A stretch of 17,539 nucleotides of DNA, from contig CAZBPC010000069.1 of the NCBI GenBank assembly GCA_964493715.1, positions 1 to 17,539 of the forward strand, in the 5' to 3' direction. Made by a program: the position numbers and the translations under genes. The notes under the pieces were generated by a model, which ran no database searches, was not told the DNA's origin, and saw only the letters and a program-made list of their open reading frames with translations. The stretch's first letter is position 1, and every line of letters starts with the position of its first letter. Positions 1 to 8,740 of this stretch are shown here, one piece after another. This DNA is from an uncultured archaeon. Lineage in GTDB: Archaea > Asgardarchaeota > Lokiarchaeia > Sigyniarchaeales > SOKP01.

Positions 1-129
1 TCATCAATCGCGGGAAAAATTCATTGTCCAAAATGTCGCAAATCTATCGATGAAGGTTTGACCTTTTGCCCCGAATGTGGTGAGAGAATACCTGAATTTT
101 TGCGCTATAATGCTCCATCAGGAATATAA
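1..129 (+). CDS. C-terminal fragment of a double-zinc-ribbon (DZR) domain protein, 5'-truncated by the window edge
   Basis: Not in the ORF track. Frame +1 reads SSIAGKIHCPKCRKSIDEGLTFCPECGERIPEFLRYNAPSGI* with TAA at 127-129. CPKC...FCPECG is a typical zinc-ribbon pair. Confidence 0.85.
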   Translation, partial: SSIAGKIHCPKCRKSIDEGLTFCPECGERIPEFLRYNAPSGI

Positions 130-349
130 GATATATAAGAAAAAAATTATTTTTTAATTTGCCGTCATTTCAGTGATCTCTGAACTTTATTCTAATAATT
201 GCTGTTTAGACCGTGTCTCATATATAAATTCAACAAAATAATTTTATTTAATAATAAAATTTATGAAAAAACAGTATTATATGAGAAAGAAATATAAGAT
301 ATCTCCTAGTAAATAATCAAAGCTAAAATCGAATTGAGACCATTCAGAA

Positions 350-1372
350 ATGATAAGGAAGAAACACAACATTAACATAGGATTAATAGGTAAAGGAAAA
401 GTTGGGACTTCTTTCCTCCAAATTCTAAATAAAAAAAATCCAATTATTATAAACTCAATTGAGTTTAATATTAAAGTTGTAGGAATTTTTGAACATGATG
501 GTGCGATTTTAAATGAAAAAGGAATAAATATAGAAAATTTGTTAAGTTTAGGAAAAAATTATCAAGCTCATGATAAGTGGAAATCGGGATATAGAGCATT
601 AGATTACATTGATAAAATTGGCCTTAATATAATGATCGAGACTACTCCAACAACTCCAGAAAACGGAGAACCAGCAATATCTCACATTATGAACGCTCTA
701 AATAATAATATAGATGTAATATCCTCTAATAAAGCCCCATTCTATCTTGAATATGAAAAAATTAAAAAAATAGCAGAGGATAGAATGCGATTAATTAGAT
801 ATGAAGCTACAGTAGCAAGTTGTGTTCCAATATTATCTATAAAAAGATATTTGCAAGGAAATGAAATAATTGGAATACGTGCTATCTTGAACGGAACTTC
901 AAATTATATCCTTAGTAAAATGTATGATGATGGTACTAGTTTTGGACAAGCTTTAAAAGAAGCTCAAGATTTGGGTTATGCTGAATCTGATCCTAATCTT
1001 GATATTAGGGGTTATGATGCCGCAGGGAAATTAGTCATTCTTGCAAATGAATTACTAGGCTATAATAGGACAATAAAAGATGTTGAAATTAAAGGAATTG
1101 AAAATATCAATGAAAAAGATATTGAAACAGCGAAATTAAATAATCAGGTTATCAAACATGTGTCATTTGCTAAGAATGAACATTTATATGTAAAACCACA
1201 ACATGTTGATAAATGTTCATATTTTAATATTAATGGCTCTTTAAATGTCATCGAACTAGAAACTAAAAATGCGGGTAAAATTGTATTATTAGGGCGAGGT
1301 GCAGGAGGTATCGAGGCAGCATTAGCAATACTGAATGATTTGATATCTATATTACAAGAAAGAGCAAAATAA
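350..1372 (+). CDS. hom: Homoserine dehydrogenase (monofunctional, no ACT domain)
   Basis: Rossmann GLIGKGKVG, then ETTPT, SSNKAP, YEATV, ILNGTSNYIL, EAQDLGYAESDP, DAAGKLVILAN (catalytic Asp/Lys) and GRGAGG. Confidence 0.95.
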   Translation: MIRKKHNINIGLIGKGKVGTSFLQILNKKNPIIINSIEFNIKVVGIFEHDGAILNEKGINIENLLSLGKNYQAHDKWKSGYRALDYIDKIGLNIMIETTPTTPENGEPAISHIMNALNNNIDVISSNKAPFYLEYEKIKKIAEDRMRLIRYEATVASCVPILSIKRYLQGNEIIGIRAILNGTSNYILSKMYDDGTSFGQALKEAQDLGYAESDPNLDIRGYDAAGKLVILANELLGYNRTIKDVEIKGIENINEKDIETAKLNNQVIKHVSFAKNEHLYVKPQHVDKCSYFNINGSLNVIELETKNAGKIVLLGRGAGGIEAALAILNDLISILQERAK

Positions 1373-1450
1373 GTATGGCATAATGATAAGAAGTAAGCTA
1401 ATAAAAACGCAATGTCTCCCCCATTAGGCAATAATTCTCATTATTAACTT

Positions 1451-1648
1451 TTATTTAAGATCTGAAAGTCCATAAACATGTTCCGGAATAAAAGTATTAC
1501 ATCTAGAACACTGATAAAATTGGTTTTTCACTTTTGGGATATGAAGCACTTTTTCCATGATATGCCCACAATCTGGACAGTAAATGGGAATATTGTCTTG
1601 TGGAGGGGATATAAAAATACTTGGTTTCAATCGATGTTTTGTTTCCAT
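1451..1648 (-). CDS. Small zinc-ribbon protein (65 aa)
   Basis: ATG start, two CxxC knuckles (CPDC...CSRC), fills an otherwise empty gap. Confidence 0.7.
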   Translation of the reverse strand: METKHRLKPSIFISPPQDNIPIYCPDCGHIMEKVLHIPKVKNQFYQCSRCNTFIPEHVYGLSDLK

Positions 1649-1821
1649 ATATCACATTAATAATAACTAGCATATAACTTTTTGCTTTCGATCATTCGGT
1701 GACCATTTTGCAACATTCCATAATCAATAAGATTCATCATAAAATAAGTTATTGGATTCTAAACAAATAAAAAGATTCGAGGAATATTAGGAATTATAAA
1801 GAAAGATGATATTGAACTATA

Positions 1822-2370
1822 ATGAGTTTTAATTTCAAAAATAAATTTAAGGGAACAGTATCTATCATTGGAGCAAGTGAAATTGACGAAAAAACAAGGC
1901 AAATTTCGATCGAATTAGGACGTTTACTTGCTCGAAATAATTATGCGGTGTCATGCGGAGGTCTTTCAGGTGTAATGGAAGCCGTTTGTCAAGGAGTAAA
2001 AGAAGAGGGAGGTCTTACAATTGGAATCATCCCATTTAAAGAAAAAGCCAAAGCAAATGAATATGTAGATATTGCTATTCCAGTTCCATTTTCTCAAGCA
2101 CGTAATGTTGTGGTCGTTTTGAGCGGAGATGTGTGCGTGGCAGTGGCTGGAAAGGCAGGAACATTATCAGAGATTTGTTTTGCTTGGATCTACGAAAAAC
2201 CGATAATAGGGCTTACTTGCGTGGAAGGATGGTCATCAAAAATAGCGGGACAACAACTAGATGACAGAAGAACTGATAAGATTCACGGTGCTGATACTCC
2301 TCAAGCGGTTATTGATAAATTAAATGAAATATTTACCCAAAATAAATTCAATCCTATAAAAAATATTTAA
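1822..2370 (+). CDS. TIGR00725-family / LOG (SLOG) Rossmann-fold nucleotide-binding protein
   Basis: IIGAS, CGGLSGVMEAV, GGLTIGIIP, ARNVVVV and GKAGTLSE (LOG GGxGTxxE-like motif). Confidence 0.9.
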   Translation: MSFNFKNKFKGTVSIIGASEIDEKTRQISIELGRLLARNNYAVSCGGLSGVMEAVCQGVKEEGGLTIGIIPFKEKAKANEYVDIAIPVPFSQARNVVVVLSGDVCVAVAGKAGTLSEICFAWIYEKPIIGLTCVEGWSSKIAGQQLDDRRTDKIHGADTPQAVIDKLNEIFTQNKFNPIKNI

Positions 2371-2380
2371 TTTCCTAATC

Positions 2381-3730
2381 ATGTTATACTCAACAAATAA
2401 ACGTTCTTCTAACGTGAACTTTAGAGAAGCTGTATTGAAAGGACAAGCTTCAGATATGGGGCTTTACATGTTTGAAAAGATCCCTTTCATTTCTCAAGAT
2501 GATATTTTTGAATTTAAGTCGTTAAATCTTAAAGAAATTGCATTTAAAATTCTCAACCCGTTTTTAAAGAATGATATTAAAGAAAAAACCTTAAAAGCCA
2601 TTATTAATAATGCACTTGACTTTCCAATTCCCACACACCCTATAACGGATAAAAATTTCTTATGTTATTTAGATAAGGGTCCAACTTGTAGTTTTAAAGA
2701 TGTTGGAGCAAGAATGTTAGCAAGCTTCATGGAACATTTTCTTATTGAAGAAGAAATAAATATTATTATTTTAACAGCAACTTCAGGAGATACAGGGGGT
2801 GCTGTAGCTCAAGCATTCCATAATAAGAAAAATGTTGAGGTAGTAGTCCTCTACCCAAAAAATGAAATTAGCCCTTTACAACGCAAGCAAATGACCACAT
2901 TAGGAAACAATATCACTGCTATTGGTATCAATGGAAAATTTGATGATTGTCAACAATTTGCAAAAAGTGCATTTGCTGATTCAGATTTATCACATTTAAA
3001 TCTAACTTCTGCTAATTCAATAAATATTGGTCGCTTATTACCGCAAGCAATATATTATTTTAAAAGTTATTCTGATATCGTCGAACAAAAAAATGAGGAT
3101 GTAATTTTTTCAGTACCTTCAGGAAATTTTGGAAACCTTACAGGAGGGCTAATCGCGAAGAAGATGGGATTGCCCGTAAAGAGATTTATTTCTGCAGTGA
3201 ATGAAAATGATGAATTTCCTACATTTTTAGAGACAGGGTTTTATAAAAAAGTAAACCCTTCGAGAGTATGTATTTCAAATGCCATGAATGTTGGTCATCC
3301 TTCAAACCTAGCTCGTTTAATTGATCTATACAATGGACAACTTGATGAGGAAGGGAATATGAGCATAAATCCAGACATTGATAAAATTAGAGATGAAATT
3401 TTATCGTATTCAATTACTGACAAAATTACTAAAGAGACCATTATTGAATTCAATAACAATTTTAATATTTTGATTGATCCCCATGGAGCTGTTGGATGGG
3501 CTGCTTTATTGAGATATCAGAAAGAATTTCCATCAGAAAAAGCGATTAAATCAATTAGTTTTGAAACAGCAGATCCAGCAAAATTCCCCGAGGAAATCAT
3601 AAAATTAACACATAAACATCCAAAAATTCCCAATTCATTGGAAATTATTCACCAAAAAAAAGAAGTCATCAATTCATTTGAAATAGGGGATTATCGTGAT
3701 TTTAAGACCTACTTACAAAAGAATTTTTAA
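2381..3730 (+). CDS. thrC: Threonine synthase, long bacterial/fungal-type (PLP-dependent)
   Basis: N-terminal YSTN...AVLKGQASDMGLY, GPTCSFKDVG (PLP Lys), ATSGDTGGA, SANSINIGRLLPQ, VPSGNFGNL, SNAMNVGHPSN, DPHGAV and TADPAKF. Confidence 0.96.
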   Translation: MLYSTNKRSSNVNFREAVLKGQASDMGLYMFEKIPFISQDDIFEFKSLNLKEIAFKILNPFLKNDIKEKTLKAIINNALDFPIPTHPITDKNFLCYLDKGPTCSFKDVGARMLASFMEHFLIEEEINIIILTATSGDTGGAVAQAFHNKKNVEVVVLYPKNEISPLQRKQMTTLGNNITAIGINGKFDDCQQFAKSAFADSDLSHLNLTSANSINIGRLLPQAIYYFKSYSDIVEQKNEDVIFSVPSGNFGNLTGGLIAKKMGLPVKRFISAVNENDEFPTFLETGFYKKVNPSRVCISNAMNVGHPSNLARLIDLYNGQLDEEGNMSINPDIDKIRDEILSYSITDKITKETIIEFNNNFNILIDPHGAVGWAALLRYQKEFPSEKAIKSISFETADPAKFPEEIIKLTHKHPKIPNSLEIIHQKKEVINSFEIGDYRDFKTYLQKNF

Positions 3731-3791
3731 ACAATCGAATAATCTTTAAATTTACTAAAGAATATATTGGATAATTTTTTTGATTTAACCT

Positions 3792-3797
3792 AGGTGA
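3792..3797 (+). promoter_or_regulatory. Possible Shine-Dalgarno site (AGGTGA) for an in-frame TTG start at 3806
   Basis: AGGTGA matches part of the archaeal GGAGGTGA consensus and lies 8 nt before an in-frame TTG. Confidence 0.35.
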
Positions 3798-4780
3798 AAT
3801 TATTTTTGGAAATTCAATATTTATCAAAAGGAAAACAGCCAGAAAGACAAGATAAAGAAGAACCACATAAAATTCTCTTTACTGGTTTAGATACAGCAGG
3901 TAAAAGTACAATCATACTTGCAATTCAAAGAGAATTCTCAAAAATCGCGCTACTTAAACCCACTCGAGGTGCTCAACGCAGAATTTTTGAGTTTTTAGGA
4001 AAAGATATAGCAGAATGGGATCTAGGGGGTCAAATTTCATATAGAATTTCTTATCTTAAAAATCCAGGTAAATATTTTGATGGTACGGAAATTTTAATTT
4101 ACGTTGTTGACATACAAAACCAAGCAAGGATTCCTGAGGCAATAAGCTATTTAGAAGATGTTATAACGCAATTTAATAACCTTGAAATTAAACCACCTAT
4201 CTATGTCTTTTTCCATAAATGTGATCCCGCTCTCTTAAGGAATGCCATCAATGAAATGCAAACGATGAGAGTAGAATTAAAAGAGAAAATCAAGAATGCA
4301 GCTAACTATAAACAGCTCTATTTCTATGATACGTCAATATATAATCTTCCTAGTATAATTAAAGCAATGTCCGAAATTTTACTAAATTTATATCCTAAAT
4401 CTGAATTAATTGAGAAAACAATTAATGAGTTTGCTAGAAAAGTAGATTCTGAAGGAGTTGTCATGATTGATGATAATTCTTTAATCGTGGGAAGTTTCTA
4501 TAAGAATGAAGAAGTCAAAAATCTATTATCTGCATCTACTCCCTATTTTCTCACATTAAATGATAGCTTCCAATTCACTCAAATCCCCTTACCAGGGAAG
4601 GAACAAGAAGAAAATAACATGGTAGTTCAAAGATTTGGCCGAAACTTTGTATTTAAGCAAATTAAGCTAAAAGAAGGCAGTCCACCTTATTATTTAATAA
4701 TGTTAAAACAAGATCCTACCTTAAACGAGGAAGATTTTGATTCATTCGCTAATCTTCTCAAAGAAATTTTAAAGAATTAA
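3794..4780 (+). CDS. Rag/Gtr-like (Arf-related) small GTPase with C-terminal roadblock domain
   Basis: G1 GLDTAGKS, G2 PTRG, G3 WDLGGQ, G4 HKCD (His as in Rag HKxD), G5 TSIY. Followed by a helix-P-helix-strand segment (KAMSEILLNLYPKSELIEKTINEFARKVDSEGVVMID) resembling the start of the Rag C-terminal domain. The true start may be TTG at 3806 behind an AGGTGA SD-like site. Confidence 0.85.
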   Translation: MKLFLEIQYLSKGKQPERQDKEEPHKILFTGLDTAGKSTIILAIQREFSKIALLKPTRGAQRRIFEFLGKDIAEWDLGGQISYRISYLKNPGKYFDGTEILIYVVDIQNQARIPEAISYLEDVITQFNNLEIKPPIYVFFHKCDPALLRNAINEMQTMRVELKEKIKNAANYKQLYFYDTSIYNLPSIIKAMSEILLNLYPKSELIEKTINEFARKVDSEGVVMIDDNSLIVGSFYKNEEVKNLLSASTPYFLTLNDSFQFTQIPLPGKEQEENNMVVQRFGRNFVFKQIKLKEGSPPYYLIMLKQDPTLNEEDFDSFANLLKEILKN

Positions 4781-4929
4781 TAGGATTTTAGGATTAAAGA
4801 TTTTTTATATTTCTGATTTTTCTTATTAATTAAAATTAATAAATCAAGAGTTTTATTAATATTATACATAAAAACATGTATTTTAATACCAATTCGAATC
4901 AGAGAAGAAAAAATTAAAGAGAGATCTCA

Positions 4930-5931
4930 TTGATTATATGTAGTAATTGTGGCGCAACAAACAATGAAGCTAAAGGTCATATCTGTCGTAAATGTGGTGC
5001 CTTGTTACCAGTTACGACTAAACCTCCTCGTGTTAGAATTGAAACGAAAAAGCAACCAGTAAAAAAAGTTAGACAAACTCCATCGAAACCTCAAATTAAA
5101 CCTCAAGAGAAATCCATAAAACAACCAAAATCATTTGAGCTTCAAGAAATACCCAAAGTGAAGGTATTGCCAAGTAATGAACCCAAAGTCGAAGATAATT
5201 CAAGTGAAACTGAATCAGAAGAGTATTTCGATGATTTTAGTAAAGAAGAGGAAGAAGAGGAAATTGAAAGAGTAACATTAAAAGAAATCACTCCTGGCCC
5301 TTTCAAAGGCTCAATTATAGCACAAAAAAATGTGTATGGGGGAAATATAAAATCAAAAATAGAAAAACCAGACCATTCAATGAAATCAGCTAAATTGGAT
5401 GAAAATACTCTAAGTAAAGATTCTTTCATCCGTCAAAAACAGTTAGAACAAGATATGTCGAAAGTTTTGAAATTCCTCTCTGAAAAAATTAGCGTTAAAG
5501 GATTACCAAGGGATAAACCAGAAGAAAAAAGAGAAGTCAAGAAAGAAAAAGAATCGATACCACCAGCGAGCATGAACGAGATTCTAAGAAATCTCTTAAA
5601 AATTGATTTAAATATTGAAGCATCAGCAATTATTAAATCAGAAGGAACAATTCTTGCATCTGCGATCTCATCGCGCATATCTGATACACTTTTTGGTGTA
5701 ATCGGTCAAAATTTATATATGATTGGAAAAGATATTATAGAAGGATTAAATGCAGGTAAATTACAGAATATATCTGTTAGAGGGAGTGGAGGAGTATTAG
5801 ATTTAGCCCCTATTTCTCAAGATATGCTTTTAATTTTATTTTCTAACCCTCGAATAAAAAGTGGCATTATTTATTTTGCCGCTAGTATCGTAAAGAAACA
5901 AGTAAAACAATATTTGGGATTAAACGATTAA
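4930..5931 (+). CDS. Zinc-ribbon + low-complexity linker + roadblock/LAMTOR/MglB domain protein
   Basis: N-terminal CSNC...CRKCG, then a Pro/Lys-rich and Glu-rich linker. The last ~120 aa follow the roadblock pattern: ILRNLL..NIEASAIIKSEGTILAS, a helix, LNAGKLQNISVRGSGG, MLLILFS..IKSGIIYF. TTG start. Confidence 0.85.
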   Translation: MIICSNCGATNNEAKGHICRKCGALLPVTTKPPRVRIETKKQPVKKVRQTPSKPQIKPQEKSIKQPKSFELQEIPKVKVLPSNEPKVEDNSSETESEEYFDDFSKEEEEEEIERVTLKEITPGPFKGSIIAQKNVYGGNIKSKIEKPDHSMKSAKLDENTLSKDSFIRQKQLEQDMSKVLKFLSEKISVKGLPRDKPEEKREVKKEKESIPPASMNEILRNLLKIDLNIEASAIIKSEGTILASAISSRISDTLFGVIGQNLYMIGKDIIEGLNAGKLQNISVRGSGGVLDLAPISQDMLLILFSNPRIKSGIIYFAASIVKKQVKQYLGLND

Positions 5932-6738
5932 TGAATAAAAGTCTGACAATTGTTTTTGTATGAATAATTTATTAATTTTAATTGTTTTAAAATATGACAA
6001 GTTTGTTGTTAATTCTTGTAAAAACGAATTAAGTTGATAAATAGAAACCAGAGGTATGTTATTTTCATTAAATTTAATATGATTTTGTTCAAGACTTACC
6101 ATTACAGGGACTAAAACAAATGGAAACCTTTTTTCAATACTTTCTGAAGTTCCTAAAATATTTTGAACCATATCAGAAAAAATTTCTGGATTTAACTGTA
6201 ATGCAAGTGCCCGTTGATATTGATGATTTGCAGCTTTATTCATCGCGGAAAAAGAATCTTTATTCACCCACTGTTTGGCATCAAGTATTAAAATATAATG
6301 TTTAGATATTCCAACTACATCAATTTCGTATCTTTTTTGAGATGTTTTTATTTTATAATTCGAGCGATCAGAGAATCTAAAGTTTTTAGTTGTTTTGTAA
6401 TTATTCCTATTAAGAATTTCCTCAACTAATGCTTCAAATCCATTAAAATCAACCAATATTGACAATTTTACAATATCTTCTTCTAAATATCGAATACTTT
6501 CAACAATAAATTTGATTTTGTCTATTACTATGTAATTTTTATAATTCCCTTTTTGAATACAAATGGATTTAAAATTGAGTAAATATCCTCTAATCTCGGA
6601 TTCATCATTACCTTTAAAAAAATGTACCTCTGAAATTCCAACCCATACTTCCGTCACTTTAGTATCCGTTCCTTTCAAGATTTTATATATTTCTGAAAAA
6701 AATTGTTTTATGGTCTTTATAGATAACGATAGTTTCAT
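5920..6738 (-). CDS. PD-(D/E)XK restriction-endonuclease-like protein (Mrr/NERD-like)
   Basis: FEALVEEIL...YEIDVVG...LILDAKQW gives the E..D..(D/E)xK catalytic pattern. Its 3' end overlaps the convergent roadblock gene by 12 nt. Confidence 0.75.
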   Translation of the reverse strand: MKLSLSIKTIKQFFSEIYKILKGTDTKVTEVWVGISEVHFFKGNDESEIRGYLLNFKSICIQKGNYKNYIVIDKIKFIVESIRYLEEDIVKLSILVDFNGFEALVEEILNRNNYKTTKNFRFSDRSNYKIKTSQKRYEIDVVGISKHYILILDAKQWVNKDSFSAMNKAANHQYQRALALQLNPEIFSDMVQNILGTSESIEKRFPFVLVPVMVSLEQNHIKFNENNIPLVSIYQLNSFLQELTTNLSYFKTIKINKLFIQKQLSDFYSLIV

Positions 6739-6949
6739 AGTATTTATTCTATCATTACCATAAAATAAGAAAGGGAGGGTAAAAATTAAATGAAAAATCG
6801 AGGAAATTTACTATTATTCTCAATAAATTAGATGAAAATCTACATATCATCATATTCTAAACACTAACTAGTTCATTAATAATTTTCTTTTTTAATGTAG
6901 ATAAATATAATACTTCAGAAATAAATGAATTAAAGAGAATTATTATAAA

Positions 6950-8740
6950 ATGAATCTTCTACCAAGAGTATTCAAGAAGGGGGATGTTGAAGAATTTGAA
7001 CCCTCTAAAATAATGGACAGCATTATTCAAGAAACAGGTGTGGATGAAGAAAATGCTAGAAAAATCACGGAACTTGTTGTTAGAAGAATCATTAGCTCTA
7101 ACATGAAATTTTTATCCGGACCTCATATTAGAGAAATTGTCTGTTCAATACTTTCAGAAAATCAATACGAGCAAGAACGAAAACTTTACACTCGTATTGG
7201 AATGCCTTTAATGGACTATGAAAAAATCCTTGAAGTCAGTCAAAATAATTCATCAGAGAGAATTATTAATCCAGAAAAGATCCATCATTGGGCTGCCAAT
7301 CAACTAGCGGAAGAGTATACCCTTCTCCGAATACTTAATGATGAAGAATCAAAAGCACACTTGTTTGGTGATTTATATATTCATCAGCTTAAATATTTCG
7401 ACTTACGACCTTATAATCAGTATTGGGATCCTCGATTAATTCTAGTACATGGATTACCACCAATTAAAAACTATAATTTGACTTGTAAGTCAAAACCAGC
7501 AAAAAATTTAAGAGAAGCCGTTGATCAGCTTGCTAATTGGTTAGGAATGGTACAGACAGAATTCAGTGGTAATCAAGGACTTGAATTTATCACAGTATTT
7601 CTTGCCCCCTATATTCAAGGATTAAGTGACTACGAAATAAAAGAAATAATGAAACGATTTATTTTCAGCATAAATTATTTATCGACTTCTTCAGGGAAAA
7701 ATTATTTAAAGTCTTCTCTTTCATGTTCGACTGGAATTATACCTGCATTGTTAGATGAACCCGCAATTGGTCCGGGTGGGAGTAAACTAGGTAATTATGA
7801 TTCTTATAAAAAAGAAAACACAAAATTATTTGATATAATAACGCAAATTTACACTGAGGGTGATGATAATAATTGTTATTTCCCTTATCCTGAGCATCTA
7901 ATTTATTTTAACGAGAAATGGTTAGCTGAGTTTAAAGAACAATATGAATCAATCTGTAAAGAAGTGTTAAAATATCAAACTCCTAGTTTTATTAATATCA
8001 ATCGGCATAAAATACTTAATAAAATGATGCAGACGTTGCCAAATTCCTATCTCAATCATGGGGTTCTTCAAAAGATATCGTTAAATTTACCTCGATATGC
8101 CTTTTCCAATCAAGACGAAACTAAATTTCTTGAATTTCTAAAAACCAAATTAGAGACTTGTTTTGAAATTTTAGATAAGAAGTATACTATTATAGGACAA
8201 CGATTAAAAACGGGTCATTTACCATTATGTAGTGGTTGGTTAGAGAATCATCAATTATTTAATCTTGAAAACCAAGAATTATGTATTGGATTTGTCGGAT
8301 TAAATGAAGCTGTTAAAATCTTGACAAATTCTGAATTACAAGAAACAGACACGGCATTAAAATTAGGAGAAAAAATAGTGAAACAAATGTATGATTATTG
8401 TGAAGAGCGATCCAAGAATAATGGAAAACATTATTCTTTAATTAACTCTTCATCTAAAGGAGCAATTATGCGATTTTTACGTCTGGATTCAAAACACTTT
8501 CCCAAATTAGCTCAAGAAAATTATCAAAAATCTTCCCATTTTAGAGATATAGATACTCTTGAATTAATCGACAGGATTAAAAAACAAGGTAGATTTCATC
8601 CATGGATTTTAAATGATGCAATAGTGGAAATTTCGTTGAGGCATCATAAAGAAAATCTACAAAATCCAGAAGATTTAATGAAAATTTTATCCTATAGTTG
8701 TACAAGCACTGAAATCTTTAGCCTAAAATTTCTCTCTTGA
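6950..8740 (+). CDS. Class III (anaerobic) ribonucleotide reductase NrdD-like protein with ATP cone; predicted catalytically inactive and C-terminally truncated
   Basis: ATP cone (RVFKKGDVEEFEPSKI...LSGPHIREIV), YTRIGMP, AHLFGDLYIH, KPAKN, FSGNQG, FLAPY, SLNLPR, IGFVGLNEAV and GRFHP all match NrdD. No Cys at the RPxC/NC site, no xCR finger loop, and no C-terminal CxxC or RxxGY. Confidence 0.85.
   Translation: MNLLPRVFKKGDVEEFEPSKIMDSIIQETGVDEENARKITELVVRRIISSNMKFLSGPHIREIVCSILSENQYEQERKLYTRIGMPLMDYEKILEVSQNNSSERIINPEKIHHWAANQLAEEYTLLRILNDEESKAHLFGDLYIHQLKYFDLRPYNQYWDPRLILVHGLPPIKNYNLTCKSKPAKNLREAVDQLANWLGMVQTEFSGNQGLEFITVFLAPYIQGLSDYEIKEIMKRFIFSINYLSTSSGKNYLKSSLSCSTGIIPALLDEPAIGPGGSKLGNYDSYKKENTKLFDIITQIYTEGDDNNCYFPYPEHLIYFNEKWLAEFKEQYESICKEVLKYQTPSFININRHKILNKMMQTLPNSYLNHGVLQKISLNLPRYAFSNQDETKFLEFLKTKLETCFEILDKKYTIIGQRLKTGHLPLCSGWLENHQLFNLENQELCIGFVGLNEAVKILTNSELQETDTALKLGEKIVKQMYDYCEERSKNNGKHYSLINSSSKGAIMRFLRLDSKHFPKLAQENYQKSSHFRDIDTLELIDRIKKQGRFHPWILNDAIVEISLRHHKENLQNPEDLMKILSYSCTSTEIFSLKFLS

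Noticed and set aside
1144-1431. 95-aa minus-strand ORF
   Set aside because: Mostly antisense to hom, non-ATG start, no recognisable motif.
1451-1648. Small zinc-ribbon protein as the split-off NrdD Zn/glycyl-radical domain
   Set aside because: It has two CxxC pairs but no RxxGY motif, is 5 kb away, and the NrdD barrel lacks catalytic cysteines anyway.
1478-1660. 60-aa plus-strand ORF
   Set aside because: Antisense shadow of the zinc-ribbon ORF, which has the convincing CxxC pairs.
5200-5270. GAA/GAG-rich repeat-like tract
   Set aside because: It simply encodes the poly-Glu linker; not a DNA repeat element.
5142-5678. Two minus-strand ORFs (95 and 81 aa)
   Set aside because: Ser/Phe/Leu-rich antisense shadows of the Lys/Glu-rich roadblock gene.
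6120-6763. Two short plus-strand ORFs (61 and 66 aa)
   Set aside because: Antisense to the nuclease gene and without motifs.
6739-6949. Specific TATA/BRE promoter calls in this and other intergenic regions
   Set aside because: The spacers are so AT-rich that several TATA-like hexamers occur in each; none can be singled out without TSS data.
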